DNA of 64,000 nucleotides from Octopus sinensis (Eukaryota): assembly GCF_006345805.1 (NCBI RefSeq), contig NC_042997.1, positions 96,224,001 through 96,288,000 of the forward strand, written 5' to 3'. The number at the start of each line of letters is the position of its first letter. Position 1 is the stretch's first letter. The position numbers and the translations under genes are program-made. The notes under the pieces were generated by a model. The model saw nothing but the letters and a program-made list of their open reading frames with translations, was not told where the DNA came from and made no database searches. Shown here piece by piece: positions 1 to 12,337 of the stretch.

Positions 1-420
1 TTGACTATTCTAGCAACTTACAGATTGAAATACATACTGGGATACTTTGAGCTTGTTTAGATTTTGTCGTGGAACAAATATGATATGAAAGTCATTCGAT
101 AGAGAAACGTTAGCGTAGAGTGCATGGCTCGGTGATCAGGAAGGCACTTCAGGTAGACTCACTACTTCTTCGAACTGAGAGAGCACAGCTTCGGTAGTAC
201 GGAAATATGGTAAGAGTGTACAAGTAAAGAATCGCTGGGCAAGCAAAACCAACAGCTATGAGAACCAGGGGTAAGCGACGAGCACGATATTTGGATAACA
301 TCCACGAGCTAGGTAGGTCTTGATTGGGCATTCAGCTAGATCAACTGAAGATGGTTGTTTCTGACAGAACACAAGAGGGAGCATGTTTCAGGATCCTGTC
401 CCACAACCCTCCCATAAGTA

Positions 421-1067
421 TTTATACTCGTGAATAGGTATGTTTCATCTTTGCATCATATACATAATCTGTTCACACCTAATTTCCTACACATACACAT
501 TACATATATTCACAACGAAGGAGACAATATAATATGGCACAAATACACATCCCTATTATATATTTTTCATATTAGAGATATAAAAAAATCTCCAAATAAT
601 ATTAGCATTCACGTTTACGTTTGTTAATGAGTTGTTTTTCTAAATAAGAATTGTATACTTTTCAATAATGCTAGCCTAATGATTTAATTAATTTTGATGG
701 CTGTGGTGAAAAATAAAAATCTATTTCAAATCATGTAATTAGTTTTCTTGGTAATTCAGAAAATTGAGGTTACATTATCACCCATTATTGCAGGTTTCTT
801 TTTAGTTGAGCCACTTTCCTTCTTGCTTTATTCAGTGTCCTTTAGCTTTTCAATTTCAGTTTTATATGTAGTAACAACTTAAAAATATGCTATATTGAAC
901 GACTGAAAGAAAAGTAAATGTTAAAGATTGAAAATAAAATCTGAATGGAGACAAGGGTATATATATAGTTTCTGTGAATATATGTAATGCTTATGTGTAG
1001 GAAATTAGGTGTCTACAGATTACGTATATAATGTAACGATTAAATATACTTTTGTCACGAGTATAAA
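421..1067. mobile_element. MITE with ~100 bp imperfect terminal inverted repeats and TA target-site duplication (Tc1/mariner type)
   Basis: TTTATACTCGTGA at 421 and TCACGAGTATAAA ending 1067, each flanked by TA. Arms 421-515 and 972-1067 are reverse complements (gtgaatatatgtaatg...tgtgtaggaaattaggtgt). Confidence 0.65.
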
Positions 1068-1997
1068 TATTAGAAATTTGCAATATTTCTTAGACAGATT
1101 ATGAGGCTGCACATAAGTGTTCCTCGCTCCAAAAGAAAATCAATCGTTCTTTTTTTTGGCAGTATGATACTTTATTATAATATTCTCTTTTGGAAGTTTT
1201 TCTTTTCATCCAGAATCGCCAAACAAATCGCGCTAAGTTTGTGGTAGCCAATTCATTCTTACTCTCTGAAGGAAATACATTCTGAACAAGTTATGATTTA
1301 ATCGTGCATGACATGCGATAAAGGTCGTATGGAATTTTTAATCAAAGTCCATGATACTGGTATATTTCAGAGAGATTCTCTTAGATCCTTTTCGCACTAT
1401 CATACATAGACACACATGCATCCACCCACACATTCTAAGATACATACACATACACGGATCATAAAAGGAAATATGCTATAGTGGATATCAGCTGCCATGT
1501 GGAAACACATGTTATGAGAAAAAATACATGAGAAAGGAAATGTGTATGGAATTTACAAATCCAGAAGATACATTTTCAGATATAATTTATCATTGGAGAA
1601 CAGGGTACGAATCACCTGCCTGAAATAAAGTGAGTATTGTGTGTTTGGGAAGAGAGAATGAAACACATTAATGCGTATGCTACATGTCATAATATATATG
1701 GCAATAAAATCTGCCACCCTACTTAAAATTTAAACGAAGATAAACTATGACAATTTAATTCACAATTTACTACCAAGTGGTTAGCCTGTCTCGAAACGCC
1801 CCTAACTTTATCCTTCTCTTCTGCTGTCCTCACCTTCAATACTGCTGTCCACCGTAGTCACCCCACATGAAACAGACATTATAGGATTAAAGCACTCGAG
1901 ATTAATCACAAAAAGAAAAGTTGGTAAGCACGCATGCCAAGTCTTGATTATTAGGATCGACTCGAGAGACGCAAACTTCACTCGATCCAACGTCCCT

Positions 1998-2122
1998 GTG
2001 AGCGCTACATCATTTTATGACCGGGGAAATATTCTTTTCTACTCTAGGCACAAAGCCTGAAATTTCTGGCGGGGTGGAGCAGTCGATTAGATTGACCCCA
2101 GTACGCAACTGGTATTTAATTT
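1998..2122. mobile_element. Truncated SINE fragment (3' part of the second octopus-type SINE family)
   Basis: gcagtcgattagattgaccccagtacgcaactggtatttaattt matches the reverse complement of the core seen at 39897-40130 and 54105-54325. Confidence 0.55.
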
Positions 2123-2550
2123 GGGGGTTTGGTGGTCTAAAATAATGATTATAAATTCATTCCATCATCAGATGATATGAGCTTCCGCCTTCAAGGAAGA
2201 ACTTTACGTTTGAGGTTTTGACAGAATGGAGTACAAACATTTCAATTGTAAAAGTATTTCCTGAAGACGGAGGCTGCTATTATCCGATGATGGAATCAAT
2301 TTACATTCAGTATGTTGTACCACCAAACCCCAGAAACAGTTGTTGAACGCGTAAAACTCTCATACAACAACTTTAATTCCTGATATCATTTCTATTCTGA
2401 GTAAGTCGGAAGTTTTATAAATAAACATGTGTACATTTTTGTCTTAAACGTATTTAATATTTTTCGTATATCGAATTGTCTAACTTACTTGTCCTTACAT
2501 TTACACACACACACACGTACACACACACATACACACACTGACATATATAT

Positions 2551-3720
2551 CAGGGCCTACACTCCATTTGTGGACTCTGCTTCAAAGAAGCCCTCAAAAT
2601 ATTAACCCATATCTTACCAGAATTGCTTAATAAACACAACGAAGACTTCACTACGTGTAAGCACAAATTCTTCCGCACTTTTAAATTCGTTCATAAATCT
2701 GAATGTAAATTCACCCCCACCCCCCGCGAATAACACCTGCACACAAACCCCTATGATCATTAACACATACCCCTTATCTCTTCTATCTCTGATATACCTT
2801 TATATCTTTTGTATTTAACTTACGTCATCACTTTATGTGATAAATATTAATTCTTTCATTCATCCTTAATTTATTTTTAAACCTTAACCCAATAAATCCC
2901 TTAGTATTTAATTCCAACTCCGACTCTTAAATAATTTAACATTCAACTAGTTCCCCCATTCTCTACTATCTACACACCCATAACCCAATTGCTAAAAATA
3001 GATGTACGGCCACTGACCTTAGCCAGAACTGGCACAAATGTTTACTACTAGATTTCCTCCCAAACCCCAATAGACTAGAAGAATACCATCGACACCTACT
3101 ACTTTCTTAAATTCCTTTTATTTTACTCTGTTTTTTTTTTACGTTATCTTCCTCTACCTGCTCATCCTCTCTCTTATCTTCTCAGTGACCTTTGTACGCC
3201 ATATTCTTAGGCAATAAATGCTTATACACCTTACTTTATCCTAAAACCAATCCTTAACTTACCCACTCACTCTATCTACCTCACTTTCGATTTATTTACT
3301 TTTCTTTCCTTTTACCACTTAATAGTCACCTCCGCTACCATTCTGTTATTGAACGTTGACATGTTCGCTTCATTTTTCTTGGATGTTTACAATATCAGGG
3401 CTTTAACCCTCAAGGATCTACACAGGATTGTACTTAAGGATTTATGCATTTATTTCTACAACAATGGAAAGTTGAACTGTGAACTTTTATGCTTCTTCTT
3501 TCTTCTCCCTCTTTATCTCCTTATTCTTTTACTCCTGTCATCTTTGTTGTCATGTCATTAATTTACACCTTTTTCATTTTCCCTATTTGTCTCTGATGAC
3601 AGAATATCCCATACTCTGGGATATCCCCGAAACAGATGTAAGACTGAATTTTCTCCAATAATAACAATGTATATGATTTGAGATGTTAGCCTTGCTTTAA
3701 CGTTTGTTGTCCTCTTCAAC
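2551..3720 (+). mobile_element. 5'-truncated Penelope-like element: GIY-YIG C-terminus, C-rich 3' UTR and terminal hammerhead
   Basis: Frame 2551-2733 reads QGLHSICGLCFKEALKILTHILPELLNKHNEDFTTCKHKFF, matching the CxLC..E...LLN...CxH tail of the other PLE endonucleases here. HHR at 3589-3644; ends in (TA)n. Confidence 0.75.
3589..3644 (+). ncRNA. Type I hammerhead ribozyme
   Basis: Stem I GTCT/AGAC; core CTGATGA 3593-3599; stem II ATATCCCA/TGGGATAT with a mismatched base; GAAA 3629-3632; stem III AC-AGAT-GT; GUA cleavage triplet ending 3640. Confidence 0.75.
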
Positions 3721-3739
3721 ATATATATATATATATATA

Positions 3740-4085
3740 TATTCGCTATATCGGAAATATGCAATGGCTCCATAACTACAGTCTCACCCCAGTAATCTGT
3801 TACAGCACTTACCTAACCTATCTAATCGTTTAGATGACCTGCGAACTAAAGCCCCATACTTTTTATATATGTACAAAATCCGTCGACTATCGCTGGTGTT
3901 ACGTTCCAAAACAACCCGCGATAGGTGAAACTCCGCGAGTAGAAACAGTACTTTACTGCATATGTCTTATTATTATTATTTTTATAATTTGTATATATTT
4001 ACACAAAGCAACTCCGCGAAGGATTCGGCCTAAGTTTAAATAATAAACCGCGATAGGTGAACCGTGATATGGCAAATGATTACAT
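3740..4085. mobile_element. Possible pogo/Tigger-type MITE remnant
   Basis: Repeated ccgcgataggtgaa(c/a) motifs and a gaaccgtgatatggc terminus resemble Tigger-type MITE ends; left end unclear. Confidence 0.3.
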
Positions 4086-4104
4086 TATATATACATATAT
4101 ATAT

Positions 4105-4168
<64 letters not shown>

Positions 4169-5887
4169 TTCGTTACTAGTGTATGTATGTTTTTTTAGCG
4201 TGTTTGAAGATGGAAAGTGTATCTCTTCCACTTACACAAACACACACTTTCTCTCTGTATATGTTTGTGTGTGAGTGTACATGTGTACGTCAGTGAAGGT
4301 GCATGTGTGTTTATGAGTATATTTCTGTGAGTGTATGAGGAGAGGGTAAGTTAGGTCAGTTAGATTCTAGTAATTGTTACCTCACTCTCACTCCCTTCTT
4401 TCACCTCTCTTTTTCCCTCCCTCTCTCCCTCCCTCTATTCACCTCTCTCTCCCTCCCTCTGTTCCCCTCTCTCTCTCTCACCTTCTATATGTGCATACTT
4501 CTTCGAGCGTGTGTGTGGCTATGTGAATATAAATCCCTGTGGCGATAAAAAAGTAACGCAGCCTATACATAGGGAAAGGCATTACCAGTGAGAAAATCAA
4601 TACGTATATGTGCCTGTATGTTGGCCTGGAAAGTAGCTAAGAAAATTTAGCTGAAATGTGCATAAAGTTTTAAATCATTCCAAAGCAAATTTTAAATATT
4701 TCTTAATGAATCAACATGCTGAGACATAAAGAAAATTGAATTTTCTTTTGAATGAGGTCCAATTAGGAACAAACATTCTGTAATAGAAACATTACATCTT
4801 TTTTATATTAATGTACGTGGCTAAATGTTTTCATTCTAAATTGCACGTATAATTTATTTTTATCATGTCTCCTCCACACACACAGTAGACAGACATAGAT
4901 ATACATAAGTATATATGTAAGTACAAATACATAAACACACACACGCACGCACACACATACACATACATACGCACCAACACACACACACATATATGTCGTT
5001 CATTTTTATATTTTTAGTTTCAACTTTCTATTCTGTTTCGTTTCAGTCGCACAGCAGAATGGGATTTTTAACATCGAATTAAAATCCATGACGGAAAGCA
5101 AAGACACGAATCGGAAAAGTTCTTTATTAACTACAGTAACATTCCATTAAGTAATTTTATATAACATTATATAGATATAATACATAAATATTCGAAATAT
5201 GTTGAATCATTTTCTCGAGAAACATTGCTTCGTATTGATGTTTGTTAATACAAATGAAAAATTATATATATAAATATATATATATATAGAACGCTGGTAA
5301 TATTTGAAGAAAGCGGTGGAAATAGAAAATGAAACAAGTAATAGCAAAGAATATATAAGATTATTTAGTTTCCGTGCATTACTAAAATGAATATTCATCC
5401 ATTTACGAAACTTTTCCTCTCAGGAATCTAAAATATTCCATAAAATTCGCACATTTTTCACTGTTACTTCTCGTGTTAATATTTGTAATGTGTTGTGTAT
5501 GTAAAATCATTCTTCGATGTTTCTTTCAATTTCTCTCCAATAAAAGAAGACCCGATTTCTAGCGTAGTAAAACAGAACTTTCACTGAGGGAATTTAGATA
5601 CTACTTACAGAGGCATTTTGCATGCGTGGATGTATTATACAAGTATATATTATGTATATACGTATGTATGCATGCAGTTAATTTAAATTTCGGGTATGCA
5701 CCTACAATGTCTATAGCTCATGAAAAGAATTGTACTTCATTCCAAGTCATTGTAAAACATGATCTCTACTGTATGCAACCAGCTACAAGACAAATAACGA
5801 AATGTGTAATAATCGAACTAAACGAAAGGTAGTTTAATGAGAGTTACCTTTTGAAAGGTCACTTGCCGATGCGCATATCACGGAATG

Positions 5888-5930
<43 letters not shown>

Positions 5931-6451
5931 TACATATATATAAATACAGTGTGCTTCATAATTTACTATTTGTTCCAATGAAATTGGGCAAATTTAAGAA
6001 AGAACTGGTAAAATTTTATGTTCATTACTTAATCCTGATACCAAAAGAAATAGATTATAAATCGCAGGACAAAACTTTACTGCAAAATTTCAACATGTGT
6101 CCACTAAACTCTGTATCCCTGCAAATTTCAGGTCAACTTTTTGAAGCATTTCAGGTCTTATCTTCTGCATTGTTACCTGCATGCGCTCTTTAAGTTCAAC
6201 TAAACTGTTGCTCTATCTTGGGGGTGGAGGTAGAGACCACGATTGCATCCAAATTGAAAACAAAACAAGAAAAAGTTGTCGCAGACAGATAAGCAGGATC
6301 CAATGGAAATGAAAATAAAAATTTTTTAAAAATTATTAAAGTATAAAATTATAAGCAAAATTAAAAATCTATTCGCTTTTATCACATATTAGCGATCTTG
6401 TAGATTGAGTCAATGCGTGTCGAAATCTTTAAAAAAGAGTTTAATTGTTCC

Positions 6452-6550
6452 GGACTCAGTCTCAGTGCGTAGCACCTTGAGCAAGTGCCTTCTACTATAA
6501 CCTTGTGAGTGGATGTGGTAGACGGAAACTGAAAGAAGCCGGTCGTATAA

Positions 6551-6629
<79 letters not shown>

Positions 6630-7207
6630 ATGTATGTATATATATGGTATGGTTGTATACTGTCAATCTAACACGAACGTGACACCACCGCTGTTTAGCC
6701 CTAGAAAGCATCGACGCCTCCTGATGGCTTTGACACATTTTTCCTGTGTCCTTATATACATTTACGAAGGGGAGACAAATACCCCCAGCCGCCCGGGCTG
6801 CATCTAGAGGCAAGTGTTTCAGGATGATTGTCCTTCGTCTGCCTAGACCAGCAGACACCGGTCAGCTGATGATATTTGCCTCGACTCGTAATGTACATAT
6901 CTAAATTTCAGTGAAGTCTATTCACTGATTATCAAAATCAGAAATACTATATATTATATATATATATGTGTGTGTGTGTGTATGTATATGTTTGTGTGTC
7001 TGTGTGTGTATCCCCAACGTGACTTTACAAACGATGCTGGTGTGTTTATGTCTCTGTAACTTAGTGGTTCGGCAAAAGAGACCCTTAGAATAAGTACTAG
7101 GCTTACAAAGAATAAGTCCTGGAGTCGATTTGCTCGACTAAAGGCGGTGCTCCAGCATGGCCACAGTCAAATGGCTGAAGCAAGTAAAAGAGTAAAAAAG
7201 TAAAAGA
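6452..7207 (+). mobile_element. tRNA-derived SINE (family A) split by a ~310 bp insertion in its internal (TA)n
   Basis: 5' part (gcaccttgagcaagtgccttctactata...gaaactgaaagaagcc) at 6452-6552; 3' part ending gtaaaagagtaaaaaagtaaaaga at 6970-7207. Same family as 10448-10843. Confidence 0.8.
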
Positions 7208-7220
7208 ATGTAACATAAAG

Positions 7221-7320
7221 ATGTAATTTGTGGCGCTGAATCGGAATTTGTTATTCACTTATTCCAGAAAAATCTTGCGAAAATGTTACAGGCGTTCAAA
7301 TTTGGTAATTTGCAGAATTT
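7221..7320. repeat. Dispersed repeat; inverted copy at ~11725-11828
   Basis: gatgtaatttgtggcgctgaatcggaatttgttattcacttattccagaaaaat aligns with the reverse complement of 11725-11828. Confidence 0.6.
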
Positions 7321-8159
7321 ACAGCTAGTCAAAAAACAGCGCGTTCGCTTTCTCTTCCATCATCTAACAGGATAGCTAGAAATGTTAGTGGTGTTGTGTA
7401 TGTGAGGGTGGATTTGAGAATCGAATTCTCACTGTTATCTATATACCAAATTTGAAGACAATTGGAACAAAACTGGAGACAGTGACTGAAACAACGAAGA
7501 TTCTATCATGCATATAAATATGAATAGGATTCATAAAATAGCTTTGTTTCATCGTGTCAGTCATTGTAAACGCATTGAGTGGATTAATAAAATGAATGGA
7601 AATAAATTAAAAAACAAAAATTTAACTTTTCTCAAACCTAATTAGACATTTTGTCTAACGAATTGGATTATTATTTGGAGACTGACAAATTAATAGTTTG
7701 ATAGTTATTCATATTTTCAAAACGATATAACTTAATTTCATCATATTCACCATCAACAATTGATTTGACTAAATCTTCCATTCCATTCAAAACTATTTTT
7801 GTAGCTCTTCTTGCCAGTCTCTCGAACATTGTTTCCCTCTCTCAAACGTACACAGACACAAATAACAACATATATAGGTGATGTGCACTCTTTGATATTA
7901 AATAAAAGAGAAATGGGTTTCAAATTATATTTAGAGATATTTGAAATTTAGGACATTTTCCTCCAGACATTGGACGTCGTTACCATCTATTGTGTATGAA
8001 CTTTAAGATGCTGTTTACATACAAACTCAAATGTTTCTATTTCTTTTCTCCTGAGAAAATCTGTTTTATGTATTGTGAGTGCATAAAATAAACTAAAATA
8101 AAACAGTAGCTGCTATGTATCAATACGTGATTGCTTAAATCTATCTCTCTATCTATATA

Positions 8160-8229
<70 letters not shown>

Positions 8230-8465
8230 TGTGTGTATTTGAAAAAGTGAATGTAAATAGTTTTTCTGAAATTTTTTTCAGTTTAATAATTAGAAGTGTC
8301 TGTTAGGAGTTACTCGCTTGAAAGCGGTTTTCAAACAGATATTTTAGAGTTTCTTATTCAATGTTTAAATAGGGAGTGTTTAATTACAAACATACACAGA
8401 GACACACATATAAAGACTAACACCCACCCACATGCACGTATACATATACCCCAATATAAACATAT

Positions 8466-8513
<48 letters not shown>

Positions 8514-8540
8514 TATATGTATATATATATATATATATAT

Positions 8541-9453
8541 AGGTACGTACATATATGTTTATATATATGCATATGTTCTATTTTATTAACATATTATACG
8601 ACTAAACGCACGCACCCTATTAAGTAAGATGGTTCTGTTTATCAAGTTAGCCTTGATATTAACTTTCACGCGATTCTGCATCTTTCTTTCTTTCTCTCCC
8701 ATTCCCTTTTTCGTCTTTTTTTCCCTCACTTAACTTGTCTCTTCCTCTCTCTCTCATTCTTCATTCTCTCTCTCCCTTTCACCATTCTTCATGGTCTCCT
8801 CGCACCATTCCCCTTCTTCTCTCTCTTCCTCTTGCTCTTCCTCCCCCATTCCCGTCGTCCATCTGCGACGATACTTCCGCCGTAACTGCTATCCTGTCTT
8901 TTCTCGCCCGCCTTCTAAGGCTACTGGTCGACACATTTTCTCTCTCTCGTCGTCCACGATAATCCAGCGTTTGCAATACTTTTTTCGTCTGGCGTTAACA
9001 GCCCTTCTTATCTTGTTCTCCTTGTCCTGTCTCTCACTGTTATATATTTATTTTTCCACTGTTTATATATATATTTTTTACTGTTTATATGTTTGTACTG
9101 TCGTTACCGTCTTGCTTTTTTTTACCCCTCTGCGAAAAGATCTCAGAATTTTAATTGATTTGCTTTTCGCGGGAAGGAAGTTTTCTTCGAAGTATACGTC
9201 TCGCTTTTATCCTTCGAAACGTTTAGTAGATGAAACCTTAGCGACTGAAGAAGGGGATTTTTCGTTGTGCTTATTGTCCTGTATCTCTCTCTTTTTTTTG
9301 CTTGTCTTGTTCCTTGGTTTGTGTCTATGTGTTTCGTCTCTCTATGTGTTCGACGTCTTTTTGGTGTCCTGTACACATATATGTGTGTATATGTACATGT
9401 AGAGGTAGGTACGTACATATATGTTTATATATATGCATATGTTCTATTTTATT

Positions 9454-9460
<7 letters not shown>
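8541..9460. mobile_element. Non-coding unit with 54 bp terminal direct repeats, inserted in (TA)n
   Basis: aggtacgtacatatatgtttatatatatgcatatgttctattttattaacatat occurs at 8541-8594 and 9407-9460; both flanks are (TA)n. Confidence 0.6.
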
Positions 9461-9532
<72 letters not shown>

Positions 9533-10044
9533 GTACATACACATACACGCACACACACAAGGGGATACATACACACAGAGAAAAACAAACCCATATACAT
9601 GTTTTCGTTCACAATTATTCATACATATATACATACACTCAGAAATAACGTGGGAAGAAGGAGAATTAAGAAATGGAAGTTTTTGGTGCTGACTGCTTGG
9701 TATGAAATTCTTCTATAAAGCCCAGTAAATGACAAAGTTAAATGACCTGCTACAAAGTCTACGTACCAATATTGTCAGAAACACACACAGTTCTTTTTGT
9801 GTGTGTATGAATATACGTGAATGAATAAATGTATATGCGTGTTTATGTTTCTCTACGTGTATGTGTAAGGTTCTATGTTTGTGTGTGTGTACGTATTTAT
9901 ATGTGTATACGTATGTGCGTGTACATGCATATTTAGTTTTGACACATAGTGTACATACACAAGTAGACCCACAGACATATATATATATACACGCGCACGC
10001 ACAGAAACACATATATATGTATATAGGTATGTATGTATGTATAT

Positions 10045-10101
<57 letters not shown>

Positions 10102-10447
10102 TCTTTCTCGCCTTCTTCTTCCTTTCTTTCTCTTTTTCGTTAACACCTCTTTCAGATACAAATACACACACACACACGCTCTCTCTCTCCACTTCTCCCC
10201 AGTTCTCACACTCTTGTACTATCTTATATATCTCCCCACCCCTACGCACTCAATAAATTCCTGCAAATGTTCAATTTGACAACTCCACTAGTGTGGACGA
10301 AAGCGCTAAATATGATATATGATCTATAAAAACATGTAACATACTAATAAATATCTGTAAATAGAAAACTATCCAGATTTCTGAGTACCTCATTTCTTCT
10401 AATATATAATACCTGTACATCATCTCCAAACCTTCTTATATATATAT

Positions 10448-10843
10448 ACTCTTTTACTCTTTTACTCTTTTACTTGTTTCAGTCATTTGACTGCGGCCAT
10501 GCTGGAGCACCGCCTTTAATCGAGCAACTCGACCCCAGGACTTATTCTTTTGTAAGCCCAGTACTTATTCTATCGGTCTCTTTTGCCGAACCGCTAAGTA
10601 ACGGAGACATAAACACACCAGCATCGGTTGTCAAGCAATGCTGGGGGACAAACACACACATACATATATACATATACATATATACGACGGGCTTCTTTTC
10701 AGTTTCCATCTACCAAATCCACTCACAAGGCTTTGGTCGGCCCGAGGGTATAGTAGAAAACACTTGCCCAAGGTGCCACGCAGTGGGACTGAACCCAGAA
10801 CCATGTGGTTGGTAAACAAGCTACTTACCACACAGCCACTCCT
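10448..10843 (-). mobile_element. Full-length tRNA-derived SINE (family A)
   Basis: Minus strand begins aggagtggctgtgtggtaag (A box) and ggttcagtccc (B box), has a central CA/TA tract and a 3' (gagtaaaa)n tail. Multiple copies in the window. Confidence 0.85.
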
Positions 10844-10869
10844 ATCTACCTATATATATATATATATAT

Positions 10870-10977
<108 letters not shown>

Positions 10978-12068
10978 AAATGCACACATAATAGGGATCT
11001 TTGTGGTTATCGTCACTGTCTACAATTTTGATCGAATTGTTTTTAACGTTGGTATATGGATTAAGTTTTGTATACTAATTGCAAAAATGAAATTCATTTT
11101 TCCTATAGATTCCTAATTAGAAAGTTATTAGCTTTTACAATTTGCGAAATTTGTGTATTTTAGCCAATCAGAAGCGATTACTTTACAGATCACCGTGAAG
11201 CTCAGTTAGCATTGTAAGCAAAGAAGCACAATGTGTTCCGCAGCTGAAACAACTCTGTTTACACCGCAACCAAAGATGCTGGGCATGCACAGAACGTGTG
11301 TAACCACTATATTGAGTGCAATCAACAAATTGAGAGTATCCGAGCATCTTTAAAGCTGGGAAACAATTGTCGGTGTGGGTTACACCGTTCGATGGTTGAC
11401 TATAATCTTTGTGAATTCATGTGGAGAAGTCAATATGAAAGAGATAATTTATTTTATAAAATCCTATTCCGTACTACAAACTTTCGCTCTTGAATTTTTT
11501 AAACTAATAAATGTCTGTTTTAAGCAATGTATTAACTGCCATTTCTAGCAACTCCTGTTGGTCTGCCAGTAGCTTTTGAATATTTAGTTTGCTGGCGAAT
11601 GGCAATGTTTTTCACTGTTTACTGTTGCTAGTTTAATGTTTTGACATACTGGTGCCCATCCGACTTTCTCGCTACTGTAACAGATGACGCCAGAGGAAAT
11701 GAACGCGTTGTTATCTGATTCACTGAAAATTCTGAAAACTACCAAACTTTGAACACCTGTAACTCTTTGGCAAATTTTTCTGTAATAAATGAATTACAAA
11801 TCCGTATTCAGCGTCAAACATTACATCAATATCTATAAAACAGAAATGCGAAAAAGTTGTTTGTCTCATTTTGGGATGGGAACGGTATATGGGGTCGGTT
11901 TGGCGCCAAAATTTACAGGGACATGTAAAAAGAGGTGAGGAGGCGACTGGACTAGGTTAGAAACCCCTATCTCAAAAGCTATGGTTACTAGGGCAACAAA
12001 ACCCAGACTTTGACAAGTGTTTATCGTTTCTCACTTTCGGATATCACCTTGTCTTCCTCGATCCTCCT

Positions 12069-12122
<54 letters not shown>

Positions 12123-12276
12123 GAAATTAGAAAAAAAAAACCTTTTATCAATTCAAATTGAACAATTAAAAAAAGGTGTTTTTTTCTAATTTTTTATATA
12201 TATATATTATTGTGGGAAATTTGATTTAGTATTTCTAAATTGAATGTTTTTCCCTGTAAGTTTGCATTTATATTCC

Positions 12277-12337
<61 letters not shown>

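Noticed and set aside
149-331. 60-aa minus-strand ORF
   Set aside because: Looks non-random and may be a repeat remnant, but I cannot assign a domain or splice context.
8735-9402. 203-aa ORF and overlapping ORFs
   Set aside because: Low-complexity CT-rich sequence inside the terminally redundant unit; no recognisable domain.
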